Below are positions 39,204 through 46,165 of a stretch of DNA of 46,165 nucleotides, piece by piece. A program made the position numbers and the translations under genes. The DNA is taken from positions 1-46,165 of IMG/VR virus record IMGVR_UViG_3300038829_000049; one strand, 5' to 3'. This DNA comes from a virus. The notes beneath the pieces were generated by a model. That model was given only the letters and a program-made list of their open reading frames with translations. It did no database searches and had not been told where the DNA came from. Position 1 is the first letter of the stretch. Every line of letters begins with the position of its first letter.

Positions 39204-39595
39204 TGGCTGACGCCGTAACCTCTCAAACGCTCGTCGATGGCGCGCGCAACGCGGTCATGAAGTTCACGAACGTCTCCGACGGGACGGGCGAGAGCGCGGT
39301 TCTCAAAGTCGATGTGTCGGCGCTCTCCGGAGCGCCGACCGCCGTCAAGATCAACAAGATCGAGTACACCACTGAGGGCATGTCGGTGAACATCCTGTGG
39401 GATGCGACGACCGACGTGCTGGCGGTTCATCTACCGCAGAATAGCTCCGACACGCTCGACTTCTGCGATGCCGGCGGCCTCATCAACAACGGCGGCGCCG
39501 GCAAGACCGGCGATATCATGTTCACCACCGTCGGGCACAGTGCCTTAGCGGACGATCGCTACACGGTCGTCCTGCACATGGTTAAGAAGTGGTGA
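39203..39595 (+). CDS. Hypothetical virion protein
   Basis: 130-aa ORF. Its ATG shares a base with the upstream TGA. Confidence 0.5.
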   Translation: MADAVTSQTLVDGARNAVMKFTNVSDGTGESAVLKVDVSALSGAPTAVKINKIEYTTEGMSVNILWDATTDVLAVHLPQNSSDTLDFCDAGGLINNGGAGKTGDIMFTTVGHSALADDRYTVVLHMVKKW

Positions 39596-39831
39596 TGTCG
39601 TCCAACCCCGATGAATACTATGTGATCTGCGACGTGTGCGGGTTCAAGATGCACGCCTCGCAGACCAGGATGCGGTGGGACCGGCTGCGCGTGTGCGAGG
39701 CCGACTGGGAGCCGCGCCACCCGCAGGACAGCGTCAAGGCGCACCGCGACCGGCAATCCGTGCCGAACGCCAGGCCAGAGGCGACTGACACGTTTCTGGA
39801 GCCCAACGACGTGACGAGCGCTGACCTATGA
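39595..39831 (+). CDS. Small zinc-ribbon protein
   Basis: YVICDVCGFKMHASQTRMRWDRLRVCEADWEPRHPQD has the C..C...C pattern seen in small podophage virion-module proteins. ATG 39595 overlaps the upstream TGA. Confidence 0.5.
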   Translation: MSSNPDEYYVICDVCGFKMHASQTRMRWDRLRVCEADWEPRHPQDSVKAHRDRQSVPNARPEATDTFLEPNDVTSADL

Positions 39832-40499
39832 CCACCTCTGGCTCGATCGATCATTCATTGACCGCCCGCCAGGTCGTGACGTTCGCGCTGCGCAAGGCAA
39901 AGGTGATCGACACGCTGAATGATCCTGCTGCGGAGGAAATGCGCGACGGGCTGCTCGATCTCAACCTGATGCTGAAATCCTGGCAGACCGACTCAGGGCC
40001 GAACCTGTGGCGGCAGACGTTCGGCTCAATGGCGCTGGTTGCAGCAACTGCGAGCTACGTGCTGACGCCGCGGCCGTTTCGGCTGATCGAGGCCCGCTAC
40101 CGCAACGCGTCGGGGATCGATCTGGAGATGATCGAGCTGACCCGGCAGGAATACGCCGCGATCTCGCAGAAGACCGCGTCAGGAACGCCGACCCAATTCT
40201 ACCTCGACCGGCAGGCGGCGAGCAGCACGCTGTACGTGTGGCCGGTGCCGGCGAGTGTCACGACTGAGACCATCCAGTACACCTATCAGCGCGTGATCGA
40301 GGACATCGACGCCGCTGCCAATGATCTGGACATCCCGCAGGAGTGGCTTGAGACGGTCGGCTACAATCTCGCCTATCGCCTGTCCGGCAGCTACGGGTCG
40401 TTCGACAAGGAGCTTGGCGTGATTGCCTCGGGGCTGCTCGCCGACGCCAAGGACAGTGATCGTGAGTCGATAGTGCGCTTTACGGTGGAGCGATATTGA
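39828..40499 (+). CDS. Head-to-tail adaptor, P22 gp4-like
   Basis: LTARQVVTFALRKAKVIDTLNDPAAEEMRDGLLDLNLMLKSW parallels the P22 gp4 N-terminus (DLVRAALRKLGV...DAVDDLEAMMAEW). Confidence 0.6.
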   Translation: MTTSGSIDHSLTARQVVTFALRKAKVIDTLNDPAAEEMRDGLLDLNLMLKSWQTDSGPNLWRQTFGSMALVAATASYVLTPRPFRLIEARYRNASGIDLEMIELTRQEYAAISQKTASGTPTQFYLDRQAASSTLYVWPVPASVTTETIQYTYQRVIEDIDAAANDLDIPQEWLETVGYNLAYRLSGSYGSFDKELGVIASGLLADAKDSDRESIVRFTVERY

Positions 40500-40502
40500 C
40501 GC

Positions 40503-43500
40503 ATGGCAACGCAATCCTGGCTGGCCAACACCACGGCGAAGACGGCGGCGACGCTGGACGGCGATGAGGAGTTCCGCGTCGTCGATGATCCGTCTGGCAC
40601 GCCATCCGCCAAAAAAACGACAGTTGACGATATCGCCGAATATACGATCAACGAGCTTGGCGTGCTCACGGTTGAGCGTTTCGGCGCGGTCGGCGATGGC
40701 ACGACCGACGACTATCTTGCATTCCGGGCAGCAATCAATGCTGCGGTGGCGGCCGGCGGTGGTGTGGTGCGGCTATTGGCCAAAACATACCGGATCAAAA
40801 CAGACATCGCAGCGTCCAACATTACCGGCGCGCAAAGCGTGGCGATCATCGGCGAGGGGCCAGCGACCATCCTCGACTTCTCCGACGCCATCACGGTCGG
40901 CATCTCGCTCAACTCGACCAGCACGACGGCGAACCAAAGGCCCCGGTTCGCGTTCAAAGATTTCTCGATCATCACCTCGAAAAAGAACGCCGGTACGGCG
41001 ATCGCCGTCACCTATGCAGACGGTAACTACGCGCACGACAGCGTTTGGGTGAGCGGCGTCGAGCTCAACCAGAACGTCTCGCGCCTGTCCGACACCGGGG
41101 CCGATTACGGCTACTGGTCGGCCGGCGCGGTGTGGACCAACTGCCGCAATGCATCGATCAACCGCTGGTCGTTCCAGGGTGAGATGGATCTGGCGACCGA
41201 CAGCGCCTATGCCATGTCGTTCACAGGCGATTCGATCGGCATCCGCATCAGCGACTTCCGCGTGATCGAGGCAACCACGGGCCTCAACATTTCCGGCACG
41301 TGCGAGGGCATTTATCTCTCCGACTACGAGATCGTTAACACGCGCTACGGCGTGCGCATGGACATCACGGCAGGGGCCGAGCCTGTTCTGATGTCGGTCA
41401 ACGGGCACCTCAACTGCGCCAACAATTGCATCTGGGGATCGAATGTGGTGTTCGGCCAGATCGTCAACACCAACCTGTGGGCCACATCCGCGCTGGACTC
41501 AGGCACATGGCCGACGTGGTACGGCGTCTTGTTCGATGGTGCGAATACGCAGCAGTGCAGCGTCATTGGCTGCTCGTTCAGCAAGGAGAGCGGGCGCACT
41601 GGCGACACGACGGTCGGCGTGCAGGTGTCAACGGGCACCGGCTACACGATCCAGAACAATCTTTTCTACGGTCTCGCCGGTAACGAGCTGAGCTTCGGCA
41701 TCATCGCGTCGTCGGGTGTGTCGAAGGTCCGCATCGGCGGCAATACCTATACCAACGTCGCGGCCTCGGTCACCACGACCGGCGCAACCGATGTCGTGGT
41801 GTCGGACGCTGCCGACGTAGCTGGCCCGTCGTCATCGACCGATGGCCATGCCGTGCTGTTCAACGGCGCGACTGGCAAAGTGCTCAAGTCAGCAGGGGCA
41901 GCACCCTATATCGTCGGCGGGACGGATGTTGCTCTGGCCGATGGCGGCACGGGTGCGAGTACGGCAGCCAATGCGCGCACCAATCTTGGCGTCGTCATAG
42001 GCACTGACGTCCAGGCTTATGACGCGACTCTAGCAGCGCTTGCGGCTTACTCGACCAGCGGCCTTGTCACGCAAACCGCGGCGGACACGTTCACAGGGCG
42101 CACGCTCACTGGCACTGCGAGTGAGATTACTGTCACCAACGGCAATGGCGTTTCTGGCAACCCGACGATCTCACTGGATTCTGGCGTCTACCGCGCAGGC
42201 GGTACCGACGTGGCTCTGGCCGATGGTGGCACAGGTGCATCGCTGGCCGATCCGGCCGCTGACCGGATTATGTTCTGGGATGACAGTGCCGGCGTCGTGA
42301 CATGGCTCACGGTCGGCACAGGGCTGACGATCACTGCGACCACGATCGATGCCACTGGTGGTGGATCTGGTGATGTCTCGGCAGCGGCCGTATTCGGTAC
42401 GGACAATGTCCTGATCCGATCGGACGGAGCCGCGAAAGGTGTCCAGGCATCAGGCATTTCCGTCGATGACGTAAACAACATGTCTGGCGTCGCCGCACTA
42501 AGCGCGACCACGATCGAGCTTGGGCATGCAACAGATACGACGCTGGCGCGCGTTTCGGCGGGCATTGTCTCGATCGAAGGCGTTAACGTCGTCACCGTCT
42601 CTGCGACGCAGACGCTGACCAACAAGACGCTGACATCTCCCGTATTGACGACTCCAGCACTTGGCACGCCGTCGGCTGGCGTGCTTACCAGCTGTACGGG
42701 GTTGCCCATCTCAACCGGCGTGAGCGGGCTTGGAACTGGCGTGGCGACGTTCCTGGCAACGCCGTCTAGCGCAAATCTGTTGTCAGCCGTGACCGACGAG
42801 ACCGGGACCGGTGCACTCGTCTTCGCGACATCGCCGACTCTCGTGACGCCGCTCCTCGGCACGCCGACATCTGGAACGCTGACAAATTGCACCGGCCTGC
42901 TAATCTCGGGCCTCGTCGCCTCGACCACGCTCGCGATTGGCGTCGGTTCGATCGAGCTAGGGCATGCGTCAGACACGACGCTGGTCAGATCAGGCGCTGG
43001 CGATGTTACGGTCGAAGGAAACGCGATTTATCGGGCTGGCGGCACAGACGTTCCAGTAGCTGACGGTGGCACCGGCTTATCGGCCGGCACGTCGGGCGGC
43101 GTCCCGTACTTCAGTGGAACAACAACGATCGCGTCGAGCGCTGCACTAGGCGCCAACCAAATATTGGTCGGAGGCGGAGCTGGTGCTGCACCGGCCAGCA
43201 ATGCGACGTGGACGCTGGTTGGAACGTCTCTGATCGCCGCGTCGAGCGCATCGTTTGCACCCGGCCTGTCGATGAACAACTCGGCTGCCGACAGTACTGG
43301 TCCGCTCTGGCAGTTTACGAAAAGCCGCGCGGCAGGTGCAGCCGCCCAAGTCGGAGACTTCCTGTTCTGGGTCCAGGGCCTCGCAGCCGACAGCATCAAC
43401 GTCGTTCGCGAGGCCGCGAATTATCAGATCATCGCGACAGCTATCGGTTCCGGTGCCGGCGCGGTGCAGGCGAAGCACGTCTGGCAGACGGGCAACGGGA

Positions 43501-43859
43501 CCACCGTTGCCACCCGCATGTCGCTGTTCGAGACCGGCTTCCTCGACATGTCGGCGGGATCATTCGGGCAGGGTGCCCCGGTGACCAAGACGGCTGATTT
43601 CACAGTCGGAGCGACCGAGAACAACCTCATCAACAACAAGTCAGGCTCGACCTGCACCGTGACGCTGCCGGCCGCTGCGTCATTCTCAGGCCGCGAGATC
43701 CTGATCAAGACGATCCAGGCGCAGACCGTCGTATCGGCCTCGTCGAACGTCGTTCCGCTGGCTGGAGGTGCTGCGGGAACTGCCATTCTCGCTGGTGTAG
43801 CGGGGAACTGGGCCAAGCTCGTCTCGAACGCTACCAACTGGGAAATAATGGCAGCTTAA
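40503..43859 (+). CDS. Tailspike/tail fibre with a pectate-lyase-like beta-helix domain and repeated fibre motifs
   Basis: [33 protein letters not shown] is the Pectate_lyase_3-type start of a beta-helix. There are three GGTDV(A/P)(L/V)ADGGTG(A/L)S repeats and two IELGHA(T/S)DTTL repeats. Confidence 0.75.
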   Translation: MATQSWLANTTAKTAATLDGDEEFRVVDDPSGTPSAKKTTVDDIAEYTINELGVLTVERFGAVGDGTTDDYLAFRAAINAAVAAGGGVVRLLAKTYRIKTDIAASNITGAQSVAIIGEGPATILDFSDAITVGISLNSTSTTANQRPRFAFKDFSIITSKKNAGTAIAVTYADGNYAHDSVWVSGVELNQNVSRLSDTGADYGYWSAGAVWTNCRNASINRWSFQGEMDLATDSAYAMSFTGDSIGIRISDFRVIEATTGLNISGTCEGIYLSDYEIVNTRYGVRMDITAGAEPVLMSVNGHLNCANNCIWGSNVVFGQIVNTNLWATSALDSGTWPTWYGVLFDGANTQQCSVIGCSFSKESGRTGDTTVGVQVSTGTGYTIQNNLFYGLAGNELSFGIIASSGVSKVRIGGNTYTNVAASVTTTGATDVVVSDAADVAGPSSSTDGHAVLFNGATGKVLKSAGAAPYIVGGTDVALADGGTGASTAANARTNLGVVIGTDVQAYDATLAALAAYSTSGLVTQTAADTFTGRTLTGTASEITVTNGNGVSGNPTISLDSGVYRAGGTDVALADGGTGASLADPAADRIMFWDDSAGVVTWLTVGTGLTITATTIDATGGGSGDVSAAAVFGTDNVLIRSDGAAKGVQASGISVDDVNNMSGVAALSATTIELGHATDTTLARVSAGIVSIEGVNVVTVSATQTLTNKTLTSPVLTTPALGTPSAGVLTSCTGLPISTGVSGLGTGVATFLATPSSANLLSAVTDETGTGALVFATSPTLVTPLLGTPTSGTLTNCTGLLISGLVASTTLAIGVGSIELGHASDTTLVRSGAGDVTVEGNAIYRAGGTDVPVADGGTGLSAGTSGGVPYFSGTTTIASSAALGANQILVGGGAGAAPASNATWTLVGTSLIAASSASFAPGLSMNNSAADSTGPLWQFTKSRAAGAAAQVGDFLFWVQGLAADSINVVREAANYQIIATAIGSGAGAVQAKHVWQTGNGTTVATRMSLFETGFLDMSAGSFGQGAPVTKTADFTVGATENNLINNKSGSTCTVTLPAAASFSGREILIKTIQAQTVVSASSNVVPLAGGAAGTAILAGVAGNWAKLVSNATNWEIMAA

Positions 43860-43870
43860 GGAGGACCAAC

Positions 43871-44083
43871 GTGAACGAAGCAATGCAGAAGATCATTCAG
43901 AAACTGGCAGCGCAGAACATGCAGCTCAACGTGATGAACCTAGAACTGCAGGTGCAGATCGAGGTACGCGACACGGCAATCGCAAAGCTCGAGGCGGAAC
44001 TCGACGTGCTGCGAAAGCAGTTGGCAGAAGCGGCTGATACATGCAACGTGCGGCATGAGATCTGGCAGGCGGTGATTTCCTGA
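43871..44083 (+). CDS. Small coiled-coil protein
   Basis: 70-aa ORF (GTG start) with a heptad-like LQLNVMNLELQVQIEVRDTAIAKLEAELDVLRKQL. Confidence 0.45.
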   Translation: MNEAMQKIIQKLAAQNMQLNVMNLELQVQIEVRDTAIAKLEAELDVLRKQLAEAADTCNVRHEIWQAVIS

Positions 44084-45564
44084 TGCGCACCGTTCCCCTC
44101 GACCTCGGTCTCGGCTCCAATCCTGCAGAGGACAGTCACGCAGGCGCGTGCCGGCATATCAATTGTCAGGTCGAGCCGCTGGGCGATGGGGCCAAGGGGC
44201 CGATGACGATCCGCGCGGTGGATGGGTTTTCCGACTTCACCACGCTGCAGGCCGATACCGCCATCCGGGCGATGCTGGCGCTGACCGATTCCGAGGCCTA
44301 CGCGGTGACGGGGCGTGTCGTCTATCAGTTCGACCAGACCGGCGCCAAGACGGCGATCGGCGGCTGCCCGAGCGACGGCCGCGTGTCGATGGCGCGCAAC
44401 CGCCGCGGCACGCCGCAGGTCGCGATCGTGTCGGACGGGCTTTATTTTGCGATCTCCGGCGGCGTGCTGACGCAAATCCAGGATGTGGACCTGTTTCCGC
44501 CGATCTCGGTGTGCCATCTCAACGGGTACTTCTGCTTTTTGTCGGCCGACGGCGTTCACTACGCCTCCGATATCGACGACGTGAACGTTACGGCGCTGTC
44601 GAGCGGTACAGCCGGCAGCAACCCGGACGCCGGCGTGGTCAACTGGGTCCGTGGGCAGGACCTCTGCATCGGCGGAACGCACAGCCTCGAGTTCTGGCAG
44701 GATGTCGGCGCGAGCCCGTACCCGTTTCAGCGCACCACGGCGATCGATGTCGGCGTGCTCAGTGCCGGCAGCGTCGCCAGCATCGGCCAAACCAGCGCGT
44801 TCGTCGCGCACGACGGCACGGTGCGGCGCCTGTCTGGCTATCAGGCGGAGGTCATCTCGACGGGCGAGATCGAGCGTCTGATCGCCGATGACGCAGATCC
44901 GCAGAGCATCACAGCGACGACGTGGTTCTACCGCGGTACGACCTATTACGCTCTGTCCGGCACCACATGGACGCGGGTTTACAATACCAAGACGCAGCGC
45001 TGGCACGACCGGCAGAGCTACGGCCTGGATCGTTGGCGCGCGCAGCACGCCGTGCAGTTCGGGCAGTCGGTGATCCTTGGCGATTATGCCAACGGCAAGC
45101 TCTACACGATGAGCCACACGGCTTACGACGAAGCAGGGCAGCCTTTGGTGATGAGCGTGCAGCCGCCGCCGGTTCACGCCGACCAGAGAATGAAGCACAC
45201 CCGGATGGATGTGACGTTCGAGGCTGGCGTTGGCCGATATGCAGGCAGCGCCGACAGCGACCTGATCCTGACCGACGATGACGACGTGACACTGCTGAGC
45301 GACGAAGACGGCGAAACACTCCTGACTGATATCGTGCAGGTCAACGACTCATCCGATCTCGATCCGATGCTGATGATGGACTACTCCGACGATGGGGCGA
45401 CCAACTTCGGTGTGCAGCGGATGCGCTCCATGGGCCTCGAAGGGCAACGGCTGAAACAGATCGCGTTCACATCGCTTGGCTCGAGCCGCAACCGAACCTA
45501 CCGGCTGAGCATGAGTGCTGCGGTGCGCCGGTCGATCTCGGCCGCACGGCTGACGGTGAGCTGA
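44083..45564 (+). CDS. Tail hub / DNA stabilisation protein, P22 gp10-like
   Basis: GGCPSDGRVSMARNRRGTPQVAIVSDG parallels P22 gp10 GDVAGSGRVSMAHGRTSQAVGVNG. GGTHSLEFW parallels gp10 FGSSTIEYF. The size is similar (493 vs 472 aa). Confidence 0.65.
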   Translation: MRTVPLDLGLGSNPAEDSHAGACRHINCQVEPLGDGAKGPMTIRAVDGFSDFTTLQADTAIRAMLALTDSEAYAVTGRVVYQFDQTGAKTAIGGCPSDGRVSMARNRRGTPQVAIVSDGLYFAISGGVLTQIQDVDLFPPISVCHLNGYFCFLSADGVHYASDIDDVNVTALSSGTAGSNPDAGVVNWVRGQDLCIGGTHSLEFWQDVGASPYPFQRTTAIDVGVLSAGSVASIGQTSAFVAHDGTVRRLSGYQAEVISTGEIERLIADDADPQSITATTWFYRGTTYYALSGTTWTRVYNTKTQRWHDRQSYGLDRWRAQHAVQFGQSVILGDYANGKLYTMSHTAYDEAGQPLVMSVQPPPVHADQRMKHTRMDVTFEAGVGRYAGSADSDLILTDDDDVTLLSDEDGETLLTDIVQVNDSSDLDPMLMMDYSDDGATNFGVQRMRSMGLEGQRLKQIAFTSLGSSRNRTYRLSMSAAVRRSISAARLTVS

Positions 45565-45566
45565 TC

Positions 45567-45695
45567 ATGCCAGACACGTCGCTGCCGTCGTTGCCGCAGA
45601 GTTCCATGGTCGATCCGGCCACCGGCCAAGTGCGTGAGGAATGGCGGCGCTACCTTGCCGCGCTCGACAAGATCATTCGCCGTCTGAACGTCTAG
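45567..45695 (+). CDS. 42-aa peptide candidate
   Basis: The ATG lies 2 nt after the upstream stop. Sequence: MPDTSLPSLPQSSMVDPATGQVREEWRRYLAALDKIIRRLNV. Below the ORF-track cutoff. Confidence 0.35.
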   Translation: MPDTSLPSLPQSSMVDPATGQVREEWRRYLAALDKIIRRLNV

Positions 45696-45705
45696 AGGTT
45701 GGACC

Positions 45706-46165
45706 ATGGGATTATTTGACAACTTCACGGGCAGGGCGCAAAGCCGCGACTTGTCGGGAGGCTATGGCGAGTCGCAGAACTTTCTGCGCGAGGGCCGCAC
45801 CAACGCGATGGGCCAGATTAATTCTGGTCTCGGATCGGCCCGCAGCATGATCCAGCCCTATTTGCAATCAGGGCAGAGGGGCCAGACGGCCTACGAGAAC
45901 ACGCTCGGCATCAACGGCCAGCCGGCCCGGCAGCAGCAATTCCAGACCGGGTACCTCGACGATCCCGCGCTGAAATACCGCCAGCAGCAGAACTATGGCC
46001 AGATCAATAACATGCTCGCCAAATACAACGCGGGCGGGTTCGCGCCCAACTCGGGGATGGCGATGGCGGGCGCCGGCCGGCTGGCGAATGAGCAGTTCAA
46101 TACCGACTGGGGCGGCTATCAGGATCGATTGCGGGCGATGGGCCAGCAGGGCCAGGGTCTGGCGC
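45706..46165 (+). CDS. 5' portion of the junction-spanning virion protein (continues at 128..333 after collapsing the overlap)
   Basis: ATG 45706 is preceded by AGAGG. The frame is open to the window end (MGLFDNFTGRAQSRDL...) and is in phase with ORF 19..333. Confidence 0.7.
   Translation, partial: MGLFDNFTGRAQSRDLSGGYGESQNFLREGRTNAMGQINSGLGSARSMIQPYLQSGQRGQTAYENTLGINGQPARQQQFQTGYLDDPALKYRQQQNYGQINNMLAKYNAGGFAPNSGMAMAGAGRLANEQFNTDWGGYQDRLRAMGQQGQGLA
46039..46165. repeat. Terminal direct repeat, copy 2 (identical to 1-127)
   Basis: See copy 1. Confidence 0.95.

Noticed and set aside
43897-45198. 433-aa antisense ORF opposite the gp10-like gene
   Set aside because: It has Arg/Ala/His-rich low-complexity composition typical of antisense frames in high-GC DNA. 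The plus-strand frame has clear P22 gp10-like motifs.

Overview
The window is a complete, circularly closed genome of a high-GC tailed dsDNA phage. Bases 1-127 are identical to 46039-46165, so the unique length is 46,038 bp, and one gene reads across the junction. All domain calls below are motif recognition by eye. I ran no searches.

Layout:
- 45706 -> junction -> 10356 (+): ejection/internal-virion protein block, a tail fibre and the lysis cassette (GH19 endolysin, overlapped i-/o-spanins, small membrane proteins).
- 10649-21406 (-): early-left operon. It holds DUF4326-, DUF551-, HNH-, NinB/DUF1367-, H-NS-like, YqaJ exonuclease, DUF1281-, DUF1351-like and SSB-tailed proteins, several mini membrane peptides, and a repeat-containing DUF6745-like protein. 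It is interrupted by an opposite-strand cassette at 12167-13548 that starts with a divergent resolvase-like gene.
- 21506-21640: divergent early control region.
- 21647-26620 (+): early-right operon. It holds a small HTH regulator, a GapR-like protein, a duplicated-HTH protein, a replication initiator with internal iterons, a frame-broken C5-methyltransferase and a NusG-like factor. Many of these genes are ATGA-coupled.
- 26795-28681: a 1.9-kb transposon-like insertion.
- 28832-31080: accessory membrane/outer-membrane cluster.
- 31087-45695 (+): P22-like morphogenesis module. It holds TerS, a split TerL, a portal with C-terminal barrel-like coil, a GroES-like protein, scaffold, HK97-type capsid, gp4-like adaptor, a 1118-aa beta-helix tailspike and a gp10-like hub.

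I recognised no tRNA, rRNA, CRISPR array or integrase. The host is probably an alphaproteobacterium. That is an inference from the GapR homologue, TTGACG/CTATA-type promoters and GC content.

Most unusual observations:
1. An IS1595-type element with perfect 26-bp inverted repeats and an 8-bp target duplication. It has only the N-terminal half of a transposase plus cargo ORFs, and it sits on a terminator U-tract.
2. The terminase large subunit is cut by a ~124-140 bp low-GC insert carrying stop codons and a frame change.
3. The methyltransferase locus has a frame break and two long overlapping ORFs that both carry methyltransferase-family motifs.
4. A pseudoknot-type interleaved stem pair lies in an early intergenic region.
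5. A perfect 19-bp inverted-repeat pair lies near the resolvase-like gene.
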